64,000 bases of DNA from the human T2T-CHM13v2.0 reference genome, Homo sapiens. The position numbers and the translations under genes were made by a program. The notes under the pieces are model-generated. The model had not been told where the DNA came from and did no database searches. It saw only the letters and a program-made list of their open reading frames with translations. Of the stretch, positions 1 through 12,876 are shown piece by piece (position 1 is the stretch's first letter; each line of letters opens with the position of its first letter). The stretch lies in NCBI RefSeq assembly GCF_009914755.1, contig NC_060942.1, one strand, 5' to 3'.

Positions 1-16
1 AGCATTTACGACCAGT

Positions 17-408
<392 letters not shown>

Positions 409-2011
409 GCCTGACTGTGTCAGAGACTTTTTCAAAAGCATGCATTTGTTTATTTTAAATTTTTTTTAATTAAGTAAGTGAAGCAACTGCTTACTGAGCA
501 GTGAACCCTGGAAAGCTGCAGCTGGCTTCCAGTCTCTGAGGTCTTACATCAGAATAATTGGTAATCATGTCTGTTCGTTATTTATTCCTACTACAGTAGT
601 CTTTCAATTTCATTTCTTTTTACAAGCCAACCATATCACACATTTACATTGTTAATATTTGCATTGTTAATTTTCTTAGCAAATGACTTTTATTTCTTCT
701 CTTTACTCCCAGAGAAAATAGATAATGGCAAAATCAGTTGAAAAACTAAATACTGATGACCTTGTTATGACTGATCCCAAATCAATCTAATGAACATTTC
801 ATGGCTCCATGGTGGTCATCACTAATTGTAATATGACAGATACAGGAAAGACAGAACTACTTGGTACATAATGTTAAAATAGCTGATGTCACAGACTAGA
901 GTTGACCCACTCCTGTGTTGTGTATAGCCTTACGAAGCCAGTACCAGTTAAAGAAAGCATCCAATGGCCAAAAGTCATTTCAAAAGCACTCACACTGGTA
1001 ATTTGCTTTCTTGGAAGTGGTCATAAATCCCCCTTTCTCTCTATCCGTGTCTATTGGAACTCAAAGCTGCCAGAGGGCAACATCCAAACTGCTTGCCCTT
1101 TCTCCCAGCCTCTGCCTGGGTGTGGCCCTCTTTATCTAGATTGACTCAGCCAGTCTGGTGATTCCTCAGCCTTTTGCCTCCCTCCTCTTCCTTCTCCTCC
1201 GGTGTCTTGGGTTCTGCATACCCGCAGTATTCAGAAGGGCAACCTGGCAGGAACAGAGCCCTGCTCAAGGGCAAGGCAAGAGAAGTCATGCAGGATGAAA
1301 TCAGCTTCTCTGAGGTGGGAGGGAGGGAAGCAGGACCTCTCAAGCTTACTGGCTAACAGGGGTGTCCCATCCTGCGTGGAGCTCCTGTTTGTCCGTCATG
1401 TCATGGATACAGAATGAATTTGACTGGTTAAGAGTAAGAGGTGGGTTCTGAGGGGGGTAGTGCAGTGGCTCAGCACAGATAGCAGCCGCCCTCTGGACTG
1501 GTGTCCTGCTCCCCCAGTTCCTTTTCCTGCATGTGGCTCCTTTTTTTCAAATTTGTCCACTTTTGTACCCCCTTTGCCCTCCACAAGCAGCAACCCCATT
1601 TGCTTGCAAGTTCTTTCAAGCTGGGCTCCTGGGGATGAGGATCTCCCGACCCAGTGACCGGCCACGTCATAAGCTGGGATCGCAGCTCATTGTCATCACG
1701 AGTTACGAGAATTATGAGGGTGCGTCTTGGCATTTTTTTGGTGCCACAAATGCTGGGTATCTTAAGACTTTTATTTTAAAAGCATCTCGGGAGCCTTTTC
1801 CGTACTTGTACCACTTTCCAGGACTGTAGAATCTAACAGTAGTTTTTCTTGGAGAATTAATGATGAGTCTACCCACAAAGCAGGCCTGTCTGGCTTGGAA
1901 TTATTCATTTGTTGTCAGTGTGAGTCAAGAAAAGAAGCCAAAAAAATTTGAGAAGTCAAAAGAAAAACAGAATGGCTATCCCTTTATCTTAACATTTGCA
2001 GACTAGACACT

Positions 2012-2677
2012 TTTAAAATAATTGTAAGAACATTTAACATAAGATCTATCCTTTTAACAATTGTTTCTGTGTACAGTACAGTGGTGTTAACTATAGGCAT
2101 AGTACAGCAGATCTTTAGAACCTATTCATCCTGCACACCTGAAACTTTTATGTCAGTTGAGTAGCAACTCCCAGTTTCCCTGCCTTCCAGCCCCTGGCAG
2201 CCACCATTCTGCTCTCTGCTTCTCGGAGTCTGGCTACTTTAGATATTTCATAGAGGTGGAGTCAGGCAGTGTTTGTCCTTCTGTGACTGGCTTATTTCAC
2301 TTGGCATAATGTCCCCTAGGTTCATCCATGTTGTTGCATATAGCAGGATTTTCTTTTTTTAAGGCTGAATAATAATTCATTGTGTGTGTATGTGTATATA
2401 TATGTGTGTGTATGTATATATATGTATGTATGTATATGTATGTGTATATATATGTGTGTATATATATGCATGCCATATTTTCTCTATCCATTCACCCATT
2501 GTTGAGCACTGAAGTTCTTTTGACATCTCGGCTATTGTAAACATCTCTTTGTTTACAATGTCTACAATGTCTACTACATAGACATCTCTTTGAGGTCCAG
2601 CTTTGAATTCTGGATAAATACCCAGAAGTTGGATACTAGGGAAAACTGTATGAAGGTTCCTCAAAAAATCAAAAATA
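2012..2677 (-). mobile_element. Old L1MA-type 3' fragment with 5' inversion and TSD
   Basis: Antisense L1 3'UTR/ORF2 end; last ~40 bp (ggaaaactgtatgaaggttcctcaaaaaatc) in sense orientation; TSD cagactaga(c/t)act at 1999-2011 and 2678-2690. Confidence 0.8.
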
Positions 2678-3285
2678 CAGACTAGATACTAGATATTTGC
2701 CAGAGTTCTTTTTGATCAAACTAATTCTAGCTTGGTGTTGCTCTGATCACATACTCATTTTCTATTAGCTTTTTGTGTCTGGTCAGTTGCCATGGAGGCA
2801 TTAGGGTAAAGGGATTGGCTTAATGCATCTCTGGGTATAAAAATTTCTTGAGTTTGGCAAAGATTTTAATTTACATGACAGTTTTGGTTCCCCAACACTA
2901 AAGTGAACCAGGTGAGAATTGAGAAAAGAGGCTTCAAGAGTCAGCTCTGAGGACACACAGCTAGTTAGAAAGTAGGAACTGGATCTTCAAAATCCAGCAG
3001 CTGGAGTCCTGCAACTAACTCCAAATGAAATCTGCCTCTCACTGCACATGGCTTTTACAGTGGGCGTATGCCCCTACGTGCTCTGCGCAATGCAGCCTCC
3101 AGGAGAGGCTTCAGACCCAGTTTTTGCTTTCATGGAGCAGTTATACCCCTGTGGGGACATGAATGTCACACGCATGTGCCAACTGCCCACAGCCTTGAAG
3201 CAGGGGTCCAGAGTCCAAGGCATGATGAAGGGGCTCAGGGATGGCTGGAACAGGGAGCCAGGGGAGGCCAGGCTTTGAATGAGGC

Positions 3286-3365
3286 CAGAGGCTGGGAGCA
3301 AAGAAGCTGGCACAGCACAGGCAGAGGCTGGGAGCAAAGAAGCCGGCACTGCACAGGCAGAGGCT
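3286..3365. repeat. 36-bp tandem repeat, ~2.2 copies
   Basis: cagaggctgggagcaaagaagc(t/c)ggcac(a/t)gcacagg begins at 3286 and 3322, partial copy at 3358. Confidence 0.9.
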
Positions 3366-3789
3366 TGGTGTGGGGATGCGGCAGGTGTCCTCAGGGCCAG
3401 GGCTGGAGTCCAGGGCTTTTGAGAGAAGAGATGGGATTGGAAATGTAGGCTCAGTTTTGTGACATGACTCTGGAAGTTTTATTCTGAAGACTCACATGCA
3501 GGTCCTCTTATACTGGTTTGAGCAATTCTTACTGTCCTGTTCTTGTTCTGTTCTTTAATATTTAAAATAAAAAAATTATTGTGGTTGAATTCCAAGATGG
3601 CGCTCTTTCTTTTATTTTATTCTTCCCCACCACATTTTAAAATCCAATGTATTTTGCATATGGATCATGAGAGCTCGGGCAGTGTTGTAATGCTGAGATA
3701 AGCAGGCAGCTCTCACCTTTGGCCTTGGGACATTCCAGGTCCTGAGGTCGACCCTCACATTGCTGGGAAGGAAAGGAGATGGAGAGCTG

Positions 3790-3980
3790 GCACACACACA
3801 CACACAGGAGGGCACACACATGGGAGGGCATACACAGGGGCACACACACAAGAGGGTACACACAGTACACCCAGGGACACACATGGGACCACACATATGG
3901 GGTTGTGCACACATGAGCGCACACAGAAGCACACACATGAGCGCATATAGGAGCACACACACAGGCATACACACAGGCAT
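3790..3980. repeat. Degenerate CA-rich low-complexity repeat
   Basis: Interrupted cacacac blocks; source of several spurious ORFs. Confidence 0.8.
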
Positions 3981-5522
3981 TCATCACCCTTCCCTTACCC
4001 TCTCAATATAGTTACAAATCTAGTGTTCACATTATTAAGATGATGTCAATATTGCTCACAGCCAAGCCTCATATGATTACATTTCCTTTCTTGTAGAACC
4101 TGTTTTCTTGGAACTAACAATTACCTTATTTTTCATATGCATTGTGTACCTATTGATGAATTTATCCCTGGACTCTGAGACAGCTAAATATTTTTTTCTC
4201 AGTTTGTTTGGATTCACTAGAAATTCTGTCCGTTCCATTTTTTTTTTTCTCATAGACGTTTAACCTGGAGCCCACCCCTGCAACCTCTCTGTCTGGGCTT
4301 CATCTCCCCTGACCCCTTTTTAGCCTTATGATTGATCCTGGCTCTTCGGCATGGGGGAGGATATTCCAGCATCTAACTGCGCCTTTTAAAACTTTCAACC
4401 AGGTGTTCCATATTCAGCTGCCACCTACACCCAGCTTTCAGAGACACCGGTTTTCATGTTCTTGAGCCCTTTGGAGGTCTGCACCATAACTGACTTGCTG
4501 CTTTTGCTCCCACTTAGATTTCACCTTTCTCTCATCTGCAGAGTCCCAACACATGCCCATGTATCTCTGTTTGCTCTTCAAACCCGCTAATATGAGGTTG
4601 ACTCTTTACAGAACAAACAAAGGCATAAACCTGCAAGAACAAAGAAAGCTGGAGAGGAAATGACAGCTGGCCAGAGGTGTCAGCAACGTTTCTGAAATTG
4701 GAGTGCATGTGTCCAATCTGCCATGTTAAACTCAAAGTCACTTCAGTTTCTCATCAATTTTCCAGCATATACTTACAGTAATTACTCCATACCTTTCCAC
4801 TCTGCAGATATCCTGCAGCAAACCTTCCTCTGGGCTTCTGGCAAGATGCTGGCTTACCTCCAGCCTTATCAGCCTTGATCCTAGCAACAGTCTGTTGTCC
4901 TGGATTGTATGAATTTGATCAATAAAATAGTTAAATGTGTTAGGGACGAGTTCTGGGATGGGATAGGAGCAACAAGAAGTGGGAAACATTTTCATTGTTT
5001 CACAGTAGATTTTTCTTTTGCTTTAATCCTATCTATATATTATGGCAATCTATTATGATTCTTTCAAAAGAGAACTTTTTAGCACAATTTTATTAGGAGA
5101 GATTTATTTTCCATTTAGACAGATGTCGGCAATGTTCATTAAACCTTTAATTAAAAAAAAAAAAAGCTGTCTAGGGATCACAGGTAAATAAATGTATTTC
5201 ATATGGGAAAGAGCCAAAAAAATTTTTCAAAAAAAATAGTTAAAAATATAAACCGTGCTATGGGCCCTGCCTTCCTCAGGCTCTGAGGTGAGTTAACCGT
5301 CATTGGAGCATACATTTCAGTCTTTACTGCACATGCTTTGATTCTGGCTGCAGCTACCCTAAGTGGAGAATTCATAAACAGGTTGGGCTGTGGCTTTCAG
5401 AAGAGTGGCATATTCATCTATTTTTGTTTTCCCCTGAAATTTGGTTCTTCCTTCCCTTCCTGGTCTTTCAGCGGGTGCCATGTTAATGGCTGGAACCACT
5501 TGGCAGACATGAATCTCTTGGA

Positions 5523-5541
5523 TGCCGCCCCCTAGTGCAGA
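5523..5541 (-). promoter_or_regulatory. Candidate CTCF motif
   Basis: Minus strand reads GCACTAGGGGGCGGC versus core CCASYAGRKGGCRS, one mismatch; CpG retained. Motif only. Confidence 0.35.
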
Positions 5542-8500
5542 AGGTCTGCCTGTAGATACTGTCAAGGCCATGTGCACCCCGAGTTGTGCACCTCAAATGT
5601 CCCCTGACATTTACATCTACCATCCCCTAGGGCTTGTACTTTTCCGATGTTTTCCAGACCCCCTGTGAAGTTAATGGGGCTTCTGTTCCTTTGAACTTCT
5701 TTTGTCCTGCGCACTGAACAGTGACAGGTAAGCCAGGCTCTCTGGGCCCCTGGTGCAATTATAATTAACCATGGGCCTCAAACAAATCCTTTAGCTATGC
5801 ATGATTTTCCATCTTTGCATGACCTTTCATGATCTGTGACAAATCAACTTCTGACATTGATTGTAAGGGAGTAGTTTTCCAACAAATGCAAAAGATTGCC
5901 TAGAGAGCTGGGGTCCGGGCTGTAGACTTTATCAGCAGCACCATCTTAGGGGTTTGTAGCCTGGATATGCTGATGGTTTTTCTTATCTTCTTGAGAGACA
6001 GAGGAAGGAAAGGACAGTTGATTGTAATAGATTAGAAGATTAGTGGAAAAGAAATGGTCATTTCTTATAAAACAGTATGTGTTCCTATGTCATGGGTAAG
6101 AATGGAATAGGGGGATGGGGCTGTAGAAATCATCTACCTGTAGTTTTCAAACTGCTCATCAAGGCCCTAGGTGTTCTTGGGGTACTACTGGATGGGGCTG
6201 GGGAAGGAGGAGTTCCAGCCTGTGTGTCCCCCACGGGCAACAGTGTCAGTGATGGGGTCAGAGAGGGACCCACTTCTACTGCCTTCCTGGTTGAGCTCTG
6301 GGGACTGCACCAAGCTTCTGGAGAGAGCCTTGCTTGTACACACCTCAGCTCTTGCCTGCCCATGTAAAGCAGGACCACACAGCTGAGACTGTCATCCTCC
6401 CTCTGTCATGGGGTGACTTGCCACAGTGCCATTTAGTGCTGACTAAGTGTGAGTCTGAGAAGAAAAACATTGATGTCTAAGTATTCACCTTTTAAGGAAT
6501 CTCCCTTTTAATTAAGGAGGATTCTGTGTTTCCCTGTTTAGCACCTGCATCTTTGGTTTTGTGGGACCATGAAGATGAAGCTTGGGAAGATGTGAGAAAG
6601 GCTCTGTGGAGGGTGTAGCTCCAGTCAGGTTCCAGCAGGTGGGAAGGTGAGAAGTGAGAGGAAAAGCCCATAATGTTTTGGGAGGAAAGAGGTTTTAAGG
6701 GAGCAGCTGCTGAGATGCATGTGCCTTGGCTGAGAGGGACAGGTGAGGAGAACCTTGAGGATATTTTGCTGTGTGTTGGTGCCCACTCAGAAGACTTCAA
6801 TATGGATTTAAAAATGCCAGTGAGGAGTGACTTAATGCTGGACTTGCGTTTTTTAATAAATGTAATATGCTGAAGCGCAGCTGGGCACATCACTTACCTG
6901 GGTTAGGATCATCCTGTGATGGGCCACCAGGCACCCTGGTGAAAGTGGCAGCCATCAGCATTGGTGGATTGTTCACTGGGAAGAATGCCTTCAGATATGG
7001 TACCAAGCTCTGTAGCACACACAAGCTTCCGTACAGAACATCTGACTTTTGCAAAAATTTTGTTTTACATTCAAATACGAAGGGTGTCTGAATCCAACAG
7101 TAAAAAGGCAGTCTTCAAAAAGAAAAAAAGGGAAAGGAGCAGCTTTTGTAGTTTGCTTTTATTGGCAGAGCTGAAACTGATTCCATAAGAGTTGACCAAT
7201 CTTGCCTGATGGTATTAGAGTGAAGGCAACCACAGCAGCAGCTGTAACAGGTGAAGAGTTGTATGTCCACTCCTGAAGTGTTTTTTTCTCTGAGTTGGTA
7301 CCTGCTCTTTCTTGATTTCTCTGAGAGAGATCCCCAGAGCTTAGTAGAGTTCACTTAGCTCAGGATGTCACAGCCTGGAAATAGTCTAAGGCAGAATTTT
7401 GTTTCTGCTGAATCGGATGTTACATAGTAGGCAAAGATCTCAGTAGACTAATTATAGCCTCATTATCTACATGCTATTTGTTTCATGAATATTGCAACTA
7501 TTTTTAACACTCAGATGACATAGAAAGCCCTCTGACCTATACTGAGGGGTAAATTCTGGAGTCCCCAAGAAGGGAGAGAACACTTGAGACTCCATAAAAA
7601 GGTGGAGAAAGAGGGAAGCAGAGAGGAGAGGAGTAGGTGGCTTCCTTCACCTCTTCTATTCCTTCTCTTCCCACCCACCTATATCAGAAAGGGTTCTGGA
7701 TTAAACCAAGTATGGTGTCAGTGATCAATAGAAGTTTCCTCTGGGGGCATTTGGAGGTTCAGAGGAAACTTACAAACTCACCGGAATGACTCTGGTTGGT
7801 GAAGGAAGGAAGGAAGAAAGAGGGACGTGGGAACTTATCAGTAATTAGTTTGAGCAGTAGAGGAAAGGAGAGTGGACTTGTGGTTCCCTCTGGCTGCATT
7901 TTTGATGTCTCCCTTGCCCCCTTTGTATCCTTATAAGGAGTAACAGAAAAGAGATCCTAACAGTTATTAAAAAACTTTTTTGGCAGCACGTACTTCCAAC
8001 CACTCACCTACCCTTCCTCACCTCTACAAGTGTGTGCATATCATGGGTTGCCACAGAGATGATTAAAAACCAGAACCAAGGATGGGGAGTGTCTCTGGAT
8101 TAAAATAGGTGCTTGCCTCAGCTGGGGCCTCTTCTCTGCCCCTCCATTGGCCTGTGGATCTTCTGCTACAATGAGGGGATGTGTGACAGGCTCATGTGTT
8201 TTAACAGTACATTCATGGTTTTCTGGTTTGTTTTTTGTTAGGTTTTTTTTTTTTTTTTTTTTTTGGAAAAATTTAAACTTTCCTCCAGTGAAATCTCAAA
8301 GTGGCTCTGTTGAACCATCGGGGTGACTTGGCCAAGCTAGCTTTCATGAATCTTTCCCACCTCCCTTTTCTTTTAATTTTCAAATATATTTTAGTACTTT
8401 CCAGCCTAGAAGAAAAATCAACCTCTCCATGGAACTTGGCGTATTTTTGAGCTGTGTAATTATTTCTGCACGTATCCTTTCACACATTTTTTCAGACACT

Positions 8501-9244
8501 GCTGTTACTGAACATTTGACTATGTTGCCTTTTGCCATGACCCCTGCTTTGCCCAGGGGTGGCTTTCAGGGCAGTGTTCCTAATCAGCAGCCTGGAGTTT
8601 AGTGAAAGTCTCCTCACTGTTTAAGACTTCTGCCTTGTGAGAAGGCTGTTCTTTAGTTCTTGTCTTTCCCACACTGTGTTTCTTTTTCCTATACTCTCCA
8701 GCACTGTCTATTAATGGGCATTTTTATGGCCACACCCCATCTACTGCCCCTTTGGGGAACAGAAGCCATCATAAGAAAAAAGACATCCTGATTGAGAAAG
8801 AGGAGCTTGCAGTCTAGTTGGGCAGATAAGTGATACATACACAACAGAGTAAGGCAACTATGACAAAGGGGATTGTTAGAGAAAGAGAAGGTGGAAAATA
8901 AGTACATTGCTGATGTGGCATGAGCAGTGACTGCAAAGAGGAGTGCAGGAGAGAGTGATCAATCAAACCCTGCTCACACCCAGAGCTTAGAGCTGGGCGA
9001 ACCGCCTCGCTGGCTGGGCTGCCTTAGGTGAGGGGAGTACCTTGGGGTAGTTGTTATTGGGTCCTCCTATGAAACCTTCATTATGCGGTGTGGTGAGGCC
9101 TTCACAGACAGCCCTGTCTGACCTGCAGTGTGGGGGAAGACTCTAGCCAACTTCTGTCATCCTCAGGCCTTGGAGAAAGGGAAGCTGTGGTCAAATGGTC
9201 GTGGTATTAGATGATCAAGTATAAAAGCAGAGCATTTTGATTTT

Positions 9245-9990
9245 TTTTTCATTTTGAAAAATATAGCTTTAAAATAGTTTTAGATTTACAGAAAAATTGT
9301 AAAGATAGTACAGAGAATTCCTTTATATCCCACACTGTTACCTCTATTATTAACAGCTTACACTAAGCTGGTACTTTTGTCACAATTAATGTTATCTAGA
9401 GTGTCATACTTCATTAGATTCCCTTTGTTTTTAGCTGATGCCCTTTTCCTCTTCCAGGATTCTGTCCAGGACCCCACATTACAATGAGTTGTCACGCCTC
9501 CTTAGGCTCTTCTTGGCTGTGACAGTTTCTCAGACTTTCCTTGTTTTTGATGACCTTGCTAGTTTTGTCCAGTGCTGGTCAGATATTGAGTAAAGTGTCC
9601 CTCGATTGTGATTTGTCTCATGTCTTTCTCATCATTAGAATGGGGTTATATGCTTTCTAATGTGCCATTCTCACCACATCCCATCAAGGACTAGTACTGT
9701 CAGCATGACTTACGACTTGATGTTAACCTTAAGCACCTGGCTGAGGTAGCATTTGTCAGACTGTCCCCCACTGTTCTGCTACTCTTTCTCTCCCCTTTCT
9801 ATGCTGCACTTGTTGGAAGGAAGTCACCATACGCAGCCCAAAATCAAGGGATGGGACTTACCCCTCTGTTATTTGAGGGCAGAATGGAAGATTTGTTTAT
9901 TCTTCCCATTGTATGTATTTATTGAGTCATCTGTTTATATCAGTAAAGACTTGTGACTATTTTATATTTCAGATTGTAATCTAATGCTAT
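9245..9990 (-). mobile_element. Ancient L1 (L1MC/ME-type) 3' end
   Basis: ttttagatttacagaaaaattgtaaagatagtacagagaattcc motif typical of antisense L1MC 3'UTR. Confidence 0.7.
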
Positions 9991-11396
9991 TTCAAGCAGG
10001 GGCTTGGTAAGCCACACATCACCATGCAAACGTGAGGCACTAATACAATCATTGTGTGATGTGCTAACCCGGAGGTCCTTTTTCCAGGGAGCATTACTGT
10101 AAGCTGCTTCCTGAAGAGGCCCCACAAGCTGTGCAACACACTGCATGGGCAGTGGAATTCAGTAGCTCCTAACCTGTGTGCTCAGTTTATGGGAACATGT
10201 GTTTACAGTGCCAGTTGATAGACAAGGCCCTGTCCCACTGCTGCCATGGGGTCACTCAGTTGTAGTGTTGAATCCTGATTCCCCCATTATTTTTATATTA
10301 ATGACCACATAGCAAGTCACTAAACATCACTTTCTAATAGGTCAAATTTGGACATTAAGACCTGTGTCAGAGGGTTGTTGAGAGAAGTGAATACAGAGGT
10401 GCCTGTGAAGTGACTGGCACAGAGGAGATTATTATTAGGTTTCCTACATGCTCCTGCTCCCCCTTCACCTGCTGAAAGTGAGGTCTCCCTGGAACCCAAG
10501 GTGCTGATGCTGACCCCTGGGCATAGCAGATGAAAGTTGTTGGCAGTGGTAATTATGGGGGCCAAGACCTTCGGAGCGGTGCACAGGATGCAGGTTGAGA
10601 GTGGAGCACAGGATGAGGGTTGAGAGGGAGGGACTGAATAGCTCACGGCAGGGGATCCCTTGCAGAGTAAGGGAGGGCAGGGCTGAGAAGGGGCTTTGCT
10701 GCAGGTCCTCAGATACACCTCTGTTTCTGTGCCATGCTCTGGGGCCAGCCTGCTCACTCCTCTTCCATTGCTATCAGCCACTGCTTCTGAGAAAGGCTGC
10801 TGTCCTTCCTGTGTCAACACAGCACCTTCTTTCCATTGCTCTTTCCTCACTTGTTCCTGAAGGGAGAAGGAACTCACCAATAATGGTAGGCACACACCTG
10901 AAGACTGAAAGGATTTTTTTCATTCCATTCTCACCCTTTTCTATTAGATTGTTACTGGGAATAAAGTTTTTTACTATCTGTGAAGGTTAGGGGAACCCAA
11001 ATTTGAGCTCAGTCTGTTTTTTTTTGTGTGTGTGTTTTTTTTTTTCTCCAAAGCCTTTGAATTTACCCTCTTTGCCCTCATGGTTGACAGTGACTTGGCT
11101 CGTGGAATTGCTGGCATTGGAATCTCAATTAGAGGTATTTGAGGACTTCAAGAATCTCAGAGGGTTCAAAGATTACCCGCTTCTGCTTCTCATAGCTTCT
11201 AAATTTGCTTTTGTGGGCTAGCCTGGGAATGCATCCAACATAGGCAACATTGCTTTCATAGGGAAATTTCTTTTCAAGTTCAAGTAACTAACTTACCAAT
11301 AAATTCTTGGAATGTAGGGCAGGTAGCTTTCCTTGCAGAACTGGGGTTCTGCCTGTCTGTTGGGTAAGAACCAAGCAGGATTCCAGCAAGGAAGGG

Positions 11397-11570
11397 GGTG
11401 ATGTAGTGGAAAGAGTATGGCACTAGGAGTTGGAAGACCTATGCCTTAGTCATAGACCTGTCACAATTACTGTGATCCTGAGCCAGTCCCTTCTAAGCTT
11501 GAGGTTTTCATTTCTTTTTCAATAAAATTAAGTTGGACAGGAAGATCTTGAAGATAACTTTCAGGTCTAA
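11397..11570. mobile_element. MIR fragment
   Basis: gtagtggaaagagtatggcactaggagttggaagacct... MIR core-like. Confidence 0.55.
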
Positions 11571-11863
11571 GAACATAGTATCCACTGTAGAATAATATGC
11601 AAAAGTGAAAGTAGTTGTGGTAAATTTGGGATGATTTTATATAAATCTGTTATCATTACAGATGCTTTATGATTTTTTTAAAGTAGAAAGTGCTGAGCTG
11701 CCTTGACTTTTCCTATACCATGGCTCATGGTGAGGGTGAGTAGACTTACCCACCAGTGGGGTTGTTCACTGACCAGGAACAGAGGGAGACATCCTTGTGG
11801 CTTTGGTGAAGCCAGTTTGAATGCAAGTAGCTTTCCCTCCAGCTACCTTCCTTCAGTTCTCTC

Positions 11864-11883
11864 GTGTGTGTGTGTGTGTGTGT
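11864..11883. repeat. (TG)n microsatellite
   Basis: Direct run. Confidence 0.85.
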
Positions 11884-11884
11884 T

Positions 11885-12184
11885 TGTTTTGTTTTGCTTT
11901 TTGGTTGGTTGGTTGGTTGTTTTTGAGACAGAGTCTCGCTCTGTTGCCCAGGCTGGAGTGCAGTGGTGCTATCTCGGCTCACTGCAAGCTCTGCCTCCTG
12001 GGTTCACGCCATTCTTCTGCTTCAGCCTCCTGAGTAGCTGGGACTACAGGATCCTGCCACCACGCCCAGCTAATTTTTTGTGTTTTTAGTAGAGATGGGG
12101 TTTCACTGTGTTAGCAAGGATGGTCTCAATCTCCTGAGCTTGTGATCGCCTGCCTCGGCATCCCAAAGTGCTAGGATTACAGGC
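11885..12184 (-). mobile_element. Alu (AluY-like), ~20 bp 5'-truncated, inserted in the tail of the next Alu
   Basis: actgcaagctctgcctcctgggttcacgccattct is AluY-like; ends at ggattacaggc next to the tgtttgttt tail of the neighbour. Confidence 0.88.
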
Positions 12185-12507
12185 TGTTTGTTTGTTTTTT
12201 AGACAGGGTCTTGCTCTGTCACCCAAGCTAGAGTGCAGTGGTGCAATCATAGCTTTCTGTGTGATCATAGCTTACTGCAACCTTGAACTCCTAAGCACAA
12301 GTGAACCTCTTGCCTCAACCACCTGTGTAGCTAGGGCTACTCGTGTGTGCCACTATTTGCAGCTAATTTTTAAATATATTTCATAGAGATGGGATCTACC
12401 TATATTGCCCCGATTAATCTTGAACTCCTGGCTCAAGTGATCTGACTGCCTTGACCTCCCAAAATGCTGGGATTATAGATATGAGATGTGAGCTATGTAC
12501 CCAACCC
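12185..12507 (-). mobile_element. Alu (AluJ-like, diverged)
   Basis: agacagggtcttgctctgtcaccc...ccaaaatgctgggattata. Confidence 0.88.
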
Positions 12508-12876
12508 ACTTATCTGATCTTGATGTATTGGATGGCTAAAATAATTTATATGAAATTACTGAATCTAGAAGTTTCTCAGTAGTTTAAAGACAAATAGTAA
12601 TGTCTAGCAATAAATAGTAATGTCTCCAGTTGTATACCAACCCATTGCAACTCTGATTTCCATGATTTCTCAACTTTTTAAAAGATTGACAACTATGTTA
12701 ATGGGAATTTTATCACCACATATTAACTAATTTAGATTTAAAATTTTAGTAAAATCCAAATTAGTTAGGTGGTTGTCTTCCATTTCCATTATCTCTGTTC
12801 ATTTAGAATTGAATAAATAGGAATTATTTTCTGAAAACCTTGTAGGCTGTGACAAGCATTTAACCCAAGTGCCACT

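Noticed and set aside
3286-3365. 36-bp repeat of CRISPR-like length
   Set aside because: Head-to-tail tandem copies with no spacers, in eukaryotic DNA.
3612-4011. Overlapping Cys/Val/His-rich ORFs
   Set aside because: Product of the degenerate CA repeat.
9997-10232. Possible hAT MITE with caggggcttg/caaggccctg termini
   Set aside because: Short imperfect inverted repeats and no matching 8-bp TSD; family could not be assigned.
10320-10895. Longest ORF in the track (191 aa, minus strand)
   Set aside because: Non-ATG start, no recognisable domain and no splice context; compatible with chance in GC-richer DNA.
12592-12625. 20-bp-period micro-duplications (also near 12245, 53357 and 57570)
   Set aside because: Ordinary slippage duplications, common genome-wide.
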